Assembly: GCA_965224245.1 (NCBI GenBank)
Contig: OZ245046.1
Location: forward strand, 6,336,001-6,400,000
Reading direction: 5' to 3'
Source: Candidatus Eiseniibacteriota bacterium
GTDB taxonomy: Bacteria > Eisenbacteria > RBG-16-71-46 > CAZAMP01
DNA length: 64,000 nt
Shown here: piece by piece, positions 35,453-44,285 of the stretch
Layout of the letters: each line of letters begins with the position of its first letter
Position numbering within the stretch: position 1 is the first letter of the stretch
Made by a program: the position numbers and the translations under genes
Notes under the pieces: model-generated
The model's input: only the letters and a program-made list of their open reading frames with translations
Database searches by the model: none
Told to the model about the DNA's origin: nothing

Positions 35453-37756
35453 ATGGGACGCCCCTTTCTCGCGCTGCTCTCGATGGGACCGGTACTCGTC
35501 GCGTTCATTGCCGGATCCGCCGTGCGTGCCGATGACGTCATCACCCGTGTCATCACGCGTGACCGGATTGACGTGACGATGGAGGCCGGTTCGTACACGA
35601 TCTCGACGGCGGATGGCGAAGTCCGTCTCGACATCGGCGGCTTCGACCGGATCACGACACCCGGGAGCCCTGCGCTCCCCATGAGACGCTTTCTCATCGC
35701 GCTTCCCCCGGGATGTCGGGCCGAGGCCGTCGAGGTCACCGGGCTGGAGACGGTGCCGGTGCCTGGCAGCCACGCGATCGCGGCTGCAGGTCCGGTCGCG
35801 CTCGCGACCGGCACATCCGACCATGAGCAGGCCCTGCGGACCATGCTGCAGGCGTGGCGCGACGATCGCGCGGCGATCTACGGCTCCGACGCCGCGTTTC
35901 CGGCCCGTCCGGTCTGGATCGCGGGGCGCGGCACGTTCCGCACGGTCCCCTATGTGTCGGTGGCGTTCTGTCCGTTCACCTATCATCCCGTGTCCGGGAC
36001 CCTGAGCCACCACAGATCGGTCGACGTGTCGGTCACCTGCTCGCAGGTCTCCGACGGCACGTCGGTCCCGGGAGAGACGGGGCGCGATCCGGTCGGATAC
36101 GAGCGCGCGTTCCGGCTCTTTGCGAACTTCGAAGCCCTCGCACCCCATCATCGCGTCGACTCGACCGCCTCGCGTTCCTCCCAGACGTACGACTTCGTCG
36201 TCATCACCGTGGATGCGCTGCGCGATGCGGTGGACGCTTCAGCCTTCCTGGGGTGGAAGTCCGCACTCGGGCACACCGTGCGCACCGTCCTCACCACCGA
36301 CCCCGAGATCGCCACCCAGCCGGGCCGAGATCTCGCCGAGCAGATCCGCACCTTCCTGCGCGCCCACTACGTGAGCTGGGGCATCGAGTACGTGATCCTG
36401 GTCGGTGACTACGCGACCGTGCCCATGCGGATCTGTTATCCCGATCCCGACTTCCACGTCTACAATCCATCGAATCCCGGACTCGTCGCACCGGGCACGC
36501 CGACCGACTACTACTATGCCGACCTCTCATACGCCGATCACGTCTCATGGGACGCCGACGGTGATGGCTTCCCCGGCGAGTACGGGGACGACCTCCCGGA
36601 CTTCCTGGCCGAGGTCGCCGTGGGGCGCATCCCGGTCAGCGACCCCGGGAGGATCACGTACACGCTGGACAAGCTCGTGGCCTTCGAGCAGAACGGCGGC
36701 GCGTGGAAGCGCAACGTGCTTCACGCCGGCTCGATCCTCTTCTTCGAGAACCAGGACTTCGGCGACGTTCCCTTCATCGACGGATCGGTGTTGCTCGACG
36801 CCGTGGAACGGGACCTGATGCCCGGGTGTGCCATCGATCACTTCACCGAGCAGGCCGGCATCGTCACCTCGTACTTCGACTGGCCGGCGATCTCCGAGTC
36901 GGCGTTCCGCGGCGCCTGGCGCGACGGCCAGTACGCGATCGTGAACTGGTCCGGGCATGGCTGGACCGATGCAGCGGCCCGTACGGTCTGGGAGTGGGAC
37001 GACGGAGACGGCGTTCCCGAGAGCACGAACGGGGAGCTGCAGTCCCACCGCTTCATCGGGACGTCCACGTACGGTCTCGAGGACGACTACCCCTCCATCG
37101 TGTTCGCCATCTCGTGCAACGTCGGATACCCCGACCCCAATCCCTATGGCAACCTCGGGATCGATCTCCTCACCCGTCCCGGCTGGGGGGCGTCGGCGGG
37201 CATCGTCAGCTCGGCTCGCCCCGCGGCGATCTCGGCTGACTGGCTCACCGATCGCGGCGGCACGGAGGAGATCTGCTACTGCTTCAACCGCTGTCTGCTC
37301 GTGGAGTCCGACCGCGTGGGGGATGCGCTCTACGTCGGGAAGTTCGAGGCCACGACCGCATACGGATGGGATCGGGTCTACGAGTACATGAACCTGTACA
37401 ACTTCAACCTCTTCGGTGACCCGTCGCTCGTCGTCGATTCCGAGGTGGTCCAGGTAGCGGATGCGGGTGTGAGCCCGGGATACCTCACGATGAGGCTGGT
37501 GTCCGCGCATCCATCCGCAAACGGCATCACCGCCCGACTTCACGTGCCACGTGGCGGGCATGTCCGGGTGACGGTCCACGACGTTCAGGGGCGGCTGCTC
37601 ACGACACTGGACGACACCGATCATCCCGCGGGCACGTTCGACGTCACGTGGGATGGCGCCGTGGAAGGTGGCCGGAGAGCACCATCAGGGGTCTATCTCG
37701 TTCGCGCCCGGTTCGGACCGGGAGGTGTCACCGAGAAGCTCGTGGTGGTGAGGTAG
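35453..37756 (+). CDS. C25 (gingipain-like) cysteine peptidase with propeptide and FlgD-Ig CTD
   Basis: PGSPALP propeptide; YVILVGD, PTDYYYADL, VGRIP; NWSGHG and AISC catalytic motifs; NLFGDP; CTD HDVQGR...WDG...APSGVY. Confidence 0.88.
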   Translation: MGRPFLALLSMGPVLVAFIAGSAVRADDVITRVITRDRIDVTMEAGSYTISTADGEVRLDIGGFDRITTPGSPALPMRRFLIALPPGCRAEAVEVTGLETVPVPGSHAIAAAGPVALATGTSDHEQALRTMLQAWRDDRAAIYGSDAAFPARPVWIAGRGTFRTVPYVSVAFCPFTYHPVSGTLSHHRSVDVSVTCSQVSDGTSVPGETGRDPVGYERAFRLFANFEALAPHHRVDSTASRSSQTYDFVVITVDALRDAVDASAFLGWKSALGHTVRTVLTTDPEIATQPGRDLAEQIRTFLRAHYVSWGIEYVILVGDYATVPMRICYPDPDFHVYNPSNPGLVAPGTPTDYYYADLSYADHVSWDADGDGFPGEYGDDLPDFLAEVAVGRIPVSDPGRITYTLDKLVAFEQNGGAWKRNVLHAGSILFFENQDFGDVPFIDGSVLLDAVERDLMPGCAIDHFTEQAGIVTSYFDWPAISESAFRGAWRDGQYAIVNWSGHGWTDAAARTVWEWDDGDGVPESTNGELQSHRFIGTSTYGLEDDYPSIVFAISCNVGYPDPNPYGNLGIDLLTRPGWGASAGIVSSARPAAISADWLTDRGGTEEICYCFNRCLLVESDRVGDALYVGKFEATTAYGWDRVYEYMNLYNFNLFGDPSLVVDSEVVQVADAGVSPGYLTMRLVSAHPSANGITARLHVPRGGHVRVTVHDVQGRLLTTLDDTDHPAGTFDVTWDGAVEGGRRAPSGVYLVRARFGPGGVTEKLVVVR

Positions 37757-37910
37757 TCGTGGCCACGAGATCGTCGAGCCGATCCCGTAGGCTCGAGAAG
37801 CGCCGCAACACGAGTCGCCCCGATCCACCGGGATCGGGGAGGGTGATCCTCCGGCGAGTGTGATACGCTTCTGTCTCCAGACGCCACGTAAGTCCCGAGG
37901 AGGTGATTCC

Positions 37911-38651
37911 ATGGGATCCAGGACGTGGTACGCCCCGTTGCTGATCGCCGTCGTATTCCCTGGTGCGGTTGCGGCGGGCGAGCGCATCTTCCCGTACGGG
38001 CTGGACGTTCATTTCACCGCCCCCAGCTACGCGATGTGCACGGACGCCGCGGTGGCCGACGCGGCTCTCTCCTGCGAGACGATCCAGCCGAACTACGTGA
38101 CCGGATACGAGGTCAACCTCATGTGGATCCTCGTCGACGGCATCCCCGATCGGGTCGGTGCCGACGGCGGCATCGGCGGCATCCAGTTCGGCATCGACTA
38201 TCCCCCGGGCGTCATCCTCATGTCGTGGGCGGTCTGTACCGGTGGCTCGGAGATTCCGCAGGGCGACGAGCGCACGTGGCCCGAGCCGTTCACGGGAAAC
38301 GCGATCACGTGGGCAGGTGGGTGTTACGAGCCCGACGGCGGACCCGATGGAATGACGCGCGTGGGGGTCTTTGTCGTTCCTCAGGAGAGTGTCGGCGTGG
38401 TGCGCACCCTGTGCGATCCCCGGATCGGGATCGCGCAGGGCGCGGACTGCGCGACCACGGTGCGTACGATCTGCTCGTTCTTCTTCGGGGAGGGGGACAC
38501 CACCCCCGGCGGCACCGCCGGTGTCCACGGGTGTGGGACCAGCGATCTGCACTGTGACGGGGGACCCTATGATCCACCCGAGGACACGTGCTACCCGGGC
38601 GTCCCGGTCCGGGCGACCACGTGGGGCCAGCTGAAGCAGCTGTACGACTGA
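37911..38651 (+). CDS. Secreted Cys-rich hypothetical protein ending in the short WG tail
   Basis: RBS GAGGAGG; signal peptide; paralogous to 41771..42478; ends VPVRATTWGQLKQLYD. Confidence 0.8.
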   Translation: MGSRTWYAPLLIAVVFPGAVAAGERIFPYGLDVHFTAPSYAMCTDAAVADAALSCETIQPNYVTGYEVNLMWILVDGIPDRVGADGGIGGIQFGIDYPPGVILMSWAVCTGGSEIPQGDERTWPEPFTGNAITWAGGCYEPDGGPDGMTRVGVFVVPQESVGVVRTLCDPRIGIAQGADCATTVRTICSFFFGEGDTTPGGTAGVHGCGTSDLHCDGGPYDPPEDTCYPGVPVRATTWGQLKQLYD

Positions 38652-38653
38652 CG

Positions 38654-38679
38654 CCGTGGTCGTATCCGAAGACTCGGTC
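38654..38679 (-). repeat. Copy of the dispersed intergenic motif (3-nt longer spacer)
   Basis: Minus strand GACCGA GTCTTCGG ATACGACCA CGG. Confidence 0.4.
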
Positions 38680-38896
38680 GCGTTGTCAGACCCTCCCTGG
38701 CAGAGCGTTGCCCGGTTAGGTGCGCTCTCCAGGCTCCCTCATGGCCCGCTCTCGATCCGGGATGTTGATCAACACGGTCGCCGCCGAGTGCCCCGCGTCC
38801 TCGGTGATGCAGAGCAAGAACCGGGAGATCAGGACCGACGCCGAGGTCGGCGACCGCACTCGGAAGCCGTCGCATCGCGTGGCCGGGGCGGTTGCG

Positions 38897-38983
38897 GGAC
38901 GGCGGATCGGCCCGGGCGTGTACGTTGCGCGGACGCGACTCGGCGATCGCGACCGGACGACGAAGCTGCTCTACCTTCGTTGA
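38897..38983 (+). pseudogene. Orphan 3' end of a FlgD-Ig CTD gene
   Basis: GRRIGPGVYVARTRLGDRDRTTKLLYLR* matches the last strands of the other CTDs, but the upstream PNPF/YD..GR/WDG part is absent. Confidence 0.55.
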
Positions 38984-39068
38984 CCACCGGACACGCGGCT
39001 ACGATCGCATCCAGGGTGCGCCCGCCAATCTGAGTCCCGATGTGCCGGGCACCACAATCGGCAGTATT

Positions 39069-39077
39069 TGCTATAGT
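39069..39077 (+). promoter_or_regulatory. Possible extended -10 element
   Basis: TGcTATAGT in an AT-richer patch about 85 nt upstream of ATG 39163. Confidence 0.3.
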
Positions 39078-39162
39078 CTGTCATGTGGGGTGACGGCTTC
39101 GGCCGCCCTGCGCGGCGACCGCAACGTGGTCGGCCGCGATGACCCGGGAAAGGTGGTCCGCG

Positions 39163-40011
39163 ATGCCAGTACCGCTGACGGCGCGACGTGCGGCTCTCAT
39201 CTGGGTCTTGCTGACGGTCCCGGTAGCGATGAGCACGCGGGCGCAGTACGGAGAGCTCTGGACGATACAGGGCGATGGTTCATCGGATCATGTCGACCTC
39301 GAGCAGGCCCACGACATCGTGGCCGTCCATCGCTGCGTCAAGGCCGGTGTTCCCACGATCTACCCGGGACCTTTCACCCCACCCGAGGCTGACGGCTGGG
39401 AAGAGGGGTCGTGGATGCCCGACACGAATGCGCTGTACGGCGACTGCGATGGAGACGGGTTCGCGGAGTTCGTCAGTCTCGACCCGGATCAGTCGAAGCG
39501 CGAGCTCGTCGTCTGGGACAGTCGAACCGGGGCAGTCGAGGCTGTCATATCCTACGGGGGAGTGTCGACCGAACCTCGCCTCGACTCGGTGCTCCTGATC
39601 GATGCGGAGTCCGACGGCATCAGCGAGATACTGGTTCACTGGAGCTCGACGTCGTCTCGAGAGCAGGGCTGGACGCTCTACGGACTCGACGTGATGCCAC
39701 GCGCCGCCCACGGGGGAGTGCCGGCCGCCGCTGCGTCGCACCTGGGTGTGTGCGCGCCAAATCCGTTCAACCCGATGAGCACGGTTCGCTTCGAGCTGGC
39801 GGCGGACGGCGAGGTGAGTCTACGCGTCTACGACACCACGGGTCGTCTCGTCCGGCGACTCGTGGAAGGTCGGCACCGGCAGGGCTCGCATCGCGTTCGG
39901 TGGAACGCGCGGGACGATCGAGACCTCGAAGTCGCGTCGGGTACGTACTTCTATGAGCTGACGGTCGACGGCTCGAAGATCGGCACCAGTAGAGTCGTCG
40001 TACTCGAGTAG
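39163..40011 (+). CDS. Small secreted protein with FG-GAP-like motifs and FlgD-Ig CTD
   Basis: Signal peptide; GDCDGDGFAE and IDAESDGISE; CTD APNPFNPMSTVRF...YDTTGRLVR...VASGTYF. Confidence 0.8.
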   Translation: MPVPLTARRAALIWVLLTVPVAMSTRAQYGELWTIQGDGSSDHVDLEQAHDIVAVHRCVKAGVPTIYPGPFTPPEADGWEEGSWMPDTNALYGDCDGDGFAEFVSLDPDQSKRELVVWDSRTGAVEAVISYGGVSTEPRLDSVLLIDAESDGISEILVHWSSTSSREQGWTLYGLDVMPRAAHGGVPAAAASHLGVCAPNPFNPMSTVRFELAADGEVSLRVYDTTGRLVRRLVEGRHRQGSHRVRWNARDDRDLEVASGTYFYELTVDGSKIGTSRVVVLE

Positions 40012-40049
40012 CTCGCGACCGCGAGGCGATCAACGAATCTGGGGGACCT

Positions 40050-41141
40050 ATGATCAGCCGCATCAGAAGTGGAGCATGCTCACCGTGCACGCGGGTGGCT
40101 GCCGTCGCTCTTGGTCTGGTGCTCACGGGATGTTCCGTCGGATCGTATCGGATGCCGTACGAGGACGGCACGCTGGTCAGGGTCGTCTACGATCACCTCA
40201 CACATGACTCGCCACGGGCCAAGATGTACGACCTAGCCGCTGTGAATGCGTCTCCGCGCACGCCGGCCCGGGTCGTGGCCGCTGCCCCCGGACGAGTTCG
40301 CTACATCCAGGATTGCTACGACAAACACAGCTGCGACTGCATGATGGAGCTGGGCAACTGCATGTCGGATCCACCCATCTGTCGCAACAACTTCGTCTGG
40401 ATCGAGCACGTCGACTACCGGCGATCCTGCGATCAGGGGACCTGCAGCGAGTGGACCGTCTACGCGCATCTGGTCAAGGACTCGGTCCGTGGCGATGCCA
40501 AGCTCAGCATTGACGAATGGGTGGATGCGGGTGACTTCATCGGCCTGGAGAGCGACGTCGGGTGCGTCGACATCGGCGTGCATCTGCACTGGATGGTAGC
40601 CGTGCTTCCGTCGTACGTCGGTCCCAGCGTCAATGGGGACTACGAGAATCACGTCGACGTGACCGGAGAGAGACCCGAGATCACCCCGATCGTCTGTCAT
40701 CGAGATGGACTGAGCGTGATGTACCAGGGACGCACCTACACGGCCGGTGGCTGTTCGGCGGCGGCGTCATGGCCGGGAGACCAGGTGGCGCTCGAGGAGG
40801 AGCTGCCGAACACCGCACCGCTGGAGGCGGTCATCCAGCGCATCTCGCGGGTCTCCGACGAGGGCATCCAGATCGCCATGGCGGACTCGGCGCTCATGCG
40901 AAGATCCCAGGACCTGATCGTCCGGCTCGAACCCACGTTCCAGAATCTGCTTCGACTTGGACGTGGCGCGATGTCCGCGGTCGAGCTGGATCTGCTTCTC
41001 GGTCTTCTCGACGAGTACGAGGTTCGCGGCAGCACCGAGATGGGCCGGGTGCTGGCCTCGCTGCGCAGTCAGCTCGAGAGTCCTCGCGAGCGGGCCATGC
41101 TCGGGCTGATCGTCGATCCTCCGTTCAGCGGCCTCGACTGA
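40050..41141 (+). CDS. M23 family peptidase-like lipoprotein
   Basis: Lipobox LTGC; H....YDL, VVAAAPGRV, NFVWIEH, YAHL, VDAGDFIG, HLH. Confidence 0.75.
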   Translation: MISRIRSGACSPCTRVAAVALGLVLTGCSVGSYRMPYEDGTLVRVVYDHLTHDSPRAKMYDLAAVNASPRTPARVVAAAPGRVRYIQDCYDKHSCDCMMELGNCMSDPPICRNNFVWIEHVDYRRSCDQGTCSEWTVYAHLVKDSVRGDAKLSIDEWVDAGDFIGLESDVGCVDIGVHLHWMVAVLPSYVGPSVNGDYENHVDVTGERPEITPIVCHRDGLSVMYQGRTYTAGGCSAAASWPGDQVALEEELPNTAPLEAVIQRISRVSDEGIQIAMADSALMRRSQDLIVRLEPTFQNLLRLGRGAMSAVELDLLLGLLDEYEVRGSTEMGRVLASLRSQLESPRERAMLGLIVDPPFSGLD

Positions 41142-41219
41142 GGCACCCGGCGGCTACGAGGACCAGGTGGAGGGGGCATGCACGCTGGGTCGAGCACAAT
41201 CAGCCGGTTAGGAGATCTC

Positions 41220-41711
41220 GTGAATCATCGCGTGACGCACGGGCTGATGCTCCTGGCCCTGCTGGTCCATCCGGTGGCGTCCGTAGCCGCGGATGCGAAT
41301 CCCGAGTTCGACCCGTTCCTGAATGCCTACACGGTGGCCTGGAACACTCACGACGGTCAGACGCTGGCCGCGCTGTTCGCCCCCGACGCCGACTTCATCA
41401 TGCGGAGCCTGCCGCGCGTCGTCGGTCGAGAGGCCATCGGGCAGTGGTGGAGCACGTACTTCTCCCGGGTCGACGAGGGCCGGGAGGGCACGTTCGATCT
41501 GGTCACGATTCGAGACCTCGCCCCGGGCGTTCGACTCGTGAACGTCGACACGAAGACGTCCGGCACGAACGCGCAGGGTGAGCTGCTCGAACCCCGGCTC
41601 GCGCGGGGGACGTGGGTGCTGGTGAAGAACGGCGAGACCTGGCTGATCGCCGCGATGCGGGGCCTTCCGGCGGAGGGGGAGCAGCGTACGCGCCCGGGGA
41701 CGGATCGCTGA
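41220..41711 (+). CDS. SnoaL-like / SgcJ-EcaC family (NTF2 fold) protein; alternative start ATG 41178
   Basis: AWNTHD...LAALFAPDADF, GREAI, VLVKNGETWLI. Confidence 0.75.
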   Translation: MNHRVTHGLMLLALLVHPVASVAADANPEFDPFLNAYTVAWNTHDGQTLAALFAPDADFIMRSLPRVVGREAIGQWWSTYFSRVDEGREGTFDLVTIRDLAPGVRLVNVDTKTSGTNAQGELLEPRLARGTWVLVKNGETWLIAAMRGLPAEGEQRTRPGTDR

Positions 41712-41770
41712 GTCCACGACGCAGTCGGCCCCTGTGTCCCGCCGGGCCAACCAACAGGAGGTTCGTTGCC

Positions 41771-42478
41771 ATGTCACCGACCGGATCCGCCGCGACGGCT
41801 ACCGCCGCGATCGCCACCGCGCTGCTCTCGTTCCCCGGCCCCGTTGTTGCCGACGTGGGCTTGCGACCCAATCAGACCATCGACATTCACTTTCAGCCCC
41901 CCAGCTACATCGGCTGCTCGGAGGCCGCCGTCAGTGATGCGGCGCTCTCGTGCGGCACCCTGGACGACACGTACCGCGACCACGGCCCGAGCACCCCCAA
42001 CTTCGCCTGGGTGGTGGTCGGCGGGGTCGAGGACGGCACCGGGCCGGGTGCGCCGGGCGGCATCGGAGGGCTTCAGTTCGGGATCGACATCGACCCCGGC
42101 TTCGTCATCCGTGGCTGGACGCTCTGCACGGGAGGGGATGAGATCCCCGAGGTCGGCTGGCCGAAGTCCGGCCGCGGAAACGCCGTCACCTGGAGCGGCG
42201 GTTGCCGACTCGTCACTGACAATGGGGACGGACTGACACGAGTCGGCTTCCTCGTCCTGCAGGCGCTGGACGAGGCCATGATCCGGGTCACCGGGGATCC
42301 GCGAATCGGCTACGCTCTGGTGGTCGAGTGCGATGGTAGTCAGGGGGCTCTCTGCCGGGAGCTCCTCGGATACGGCGGGACCGACGGAGTCGGGCATTAC
42401 ACCGCGTGCGGGGATGCCTGCCTTGTCCGTGAACCGGCCCGGGAGACCAGCTGGGGGGCGCTCAGGGCGCTCTACTGA
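41771..42478 (+). CDS. Secreted Cys-rich hypothetical protein ending in the short WG tail (paralog of 37911..38651)
   Basis: RBS CAGGAGG; shared D.HF..PSY..C..AAV.DAALSC, GGIGG.QFGID, W..CTGG.EIP, GNA.TW.GGC, DPRIG; ends EPARETSWGALRALY. Confidence 0.8.
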   Translation: MSPTGSAATATAAIATALLSFPGPVVADVGLRPNQTIDIHFQPPSYIGCSEAAVSDAALSCGTLDDTYRDHGPSTPNFAWVVVGGVEDGTGPGAPGGIGGLQFGIDIDPGFVIRGWTLCTGGDEIPEVGWPKSGRGNAVTWSGGCRLVTDNGDGLTRVGFLVLQALDEAMIRVTGDPRIGYALVVECDGSQGALCRELLGYGGTDGVGHYTACGDACLVREPARETSWGALRALY

Positions 42479-42577
42479 CGTCACCCGTGCCGCCGCCCCG
42501 ATGTGCGATACTCTCTTGCAGCGACGGTCCGACTCCGTTTCGACGACGCGCCATTCCACCTCACTGGGAGATCCAAC

Positions 42578-43237
42578 ATGCGCACCCTCGCTCTCGCCGC
42601 CGCGCTCACGATCATCGTCGCGGGCTCCGTCCGTGCCGGGAACCTGCTCGAGGATCCCAGTCTCGAGCTGGCCACGCCGGGTGGCCAGACCAGCAACTCG
42701 GCCTGGGTTCTCGACGTGAACTTCCCCGACGGCTCGGGCGGCGCCGCGCAGTTCCAGGATGCGTCGTGGGCGAGCTTCCCATCCGGCGAAGAGGGCATCG
42801 GGCTGTGGCTCCGTTCGTTCGAAGGAGGGCAGGAGCCCGGAGAGCCCCTCGCGGACGCCATCCTCTACCAGGATGTGCCCGCGACGGCGGGGGTCGAGTA
42901 CGAGGTCACCGCCATGTACAAGGAGGAGTCCTTCTACACCGCGAAGGCCACACTCCTCGGAATGCGGTTCTACTCGGCCGGTTTCGATCTGCTGGGAACC
43001 GAGCAGATCGACGTGGCCCTCGCGGATCCCGGCAACGGCACGTGGTCCGCATATGGCACGTCAGCGGTCGCACCCGCGGGAACCGCGATCGTCCGCGTGT
43101 TTGCCCAGATGGTCGACGGGCAGATATCGCCGAGCAATCCTCAGTCCGCGTTCTTCGATGCATTCGGCCTGTACACGCTGGGCACGACGCCGGTCGAGCG
43201 CCTGTCCTGGGGTGGCGTCAAGAACCGCCATCGGTAG
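42578..43237 (+). CDS. Secreted beta-sandwich (carbohydrate-binding-like) protein ending in the short WG tail
   Basis: RBS GGGAG; signal peptide; GNLLEDPSLE, LYQDV, VAPAGT, FFD; ends TTPVERLSWGGVKNRHR. Confidence 0.75.
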   Translation: MRTLALAAALTIIVAGSVRAGNLLEDPSLELATPGGQTSNSAWVLDVNFPDGSGGAAQFQDASWASFPSGEEGIGLWLRSFEGGQEPGEPLADAILYQDVPATAGVEYEVTAMYKEESFYTAKATLLGMRFYSAGFDLLGTEQIDVALADPGNGTWSAYGTSAVAPAGTAIVRVFAQMVDGQISPSNPQSAFFDAFGLYTLGTTPVERLSWGGVKNRHR

Positions 43238-43260
43238 TCAGGGGTCCGGTGCGACGTGTG

Positions 43261-43283
43261 GGGTAGGTTCTCGGCACGGTCAG
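43261..43283 (+). repeat. Copy of dispersed intergenic 23-bp motif
   Basis: GGGTAG GTTCTCGG CACGGT CAG. Confidence 0.5.
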
Positions 43284-43308
43284 TCCGTCGACAACGGAGG
43301 AGGCGAGC

Positions 43309-44088
43309 ATGCTGCGCACCGTCGCCTTGCTGCTGACCCTGGCGGCGCTGAGCGTCGTTCCTCGGAGCGGTCTGGCTCAGAACCCAGCCGACGGCCAATC
43401 GACTCCAGTCGTCCTCACACACGAAGCAACGGTGCTGCTCCCGACGCGTGTGTTCCATCCACCGGACTTCGATCCGGAACGCGAGCATACGCTGATCGTG
43501 GGTTTTCACGGCTACGGGGCGTCTGCTCGGAGCTTCAGCGAGACGGCCCGGGCAATCGCCGACATGGGCTTCCTCGTCGCCCTGCCGGAATCTGCCTATC
43601 CGCTCATCGCGGGCGGCGAGCTGGGTTTCCAGTGGTTCCCCAGCATGGAGGGCGACGAGAGCAGCCAGCGCGTCGCGCATCTCCTGTTCTTCGACCACAT
43701 GCCGGGCATGCTCGCGGACCTGAAGGCTCGCTACTCGATCGATCGGGCCTACACCCTCGGTTTCTCCGAGGGTGCCGTGGCCGCAATGGGTACCGCCATC
43801 TTCAACCACGAGGACTTCGCCGGCTCCATCCAGTTCGGCCTGCCGCTGTTCTCGACCGACTGGCTGCCGGAGCAAACTCTACCGGCAGGAAGGAACGTCC
43901 GCCTGTTATTCCTGCATGGCCAGGAAGACGAGCGGGCTTCCGCCTCGATCTCGGAAGAGGCTCAGGCCTTCTTCCTGGAGGCGGGCTACGAAGCCACACT
44001 CCATGTGTTCGATGGTGGCCACACCGTCCCGCGGGATCAGCTCGACGTCGTGGCGGGTTGGATCCGGTCCCGGGAAGCGTCCGACTGA
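43309..44088 (+). CDS. Secreted alpha/beta-hydrolase (phospholipase/carboxylesterase type)
   Basis: RBS GGAGGAGG; FHGYG, GFSEG nucleophile, HGQED, FDGGH. Confidence 0.85.
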   Translation: MLRTVALLLTLAALSVVPRSGLAQNPADGQSTPVVLTHEATVLLPTRVFHPPDFDPEREHTLIVGFHGYGASARSFSETARAIADMGFLVALPESAYPLIAGGELGFQWFPSMEGDESSQRVAHLLFFDHMPGMLADLKARYSIDRAYTLGFSEGAVAAMGTAIFNHEDFAGSIQFGLPLFSTDWLPEQTLPAGRNVRLLFLHGQEDERASASISEEAQAFFLEAGYEATLHVFDGGHTVPRDQLDVVAGWIRSREASD

Positions 44089-44285
44089 CCTGATGCCATC
44101 GTCGAATGAACGTGCACACCCGGGTCAGGACCGGCGGGGGTCGTCGAGATGTCCAGATCTCTGCTGCCACCGGTGCTCAGTCGTACTCCGGAACCCGGCG
44201 GCCGGTTTGAGTAGGTGGCATGCTCGAGTGTACCTTGCTACCTCCCGTGCCCGAACCGCTCGTGCCCGACTCGGAGGATGTCCCG

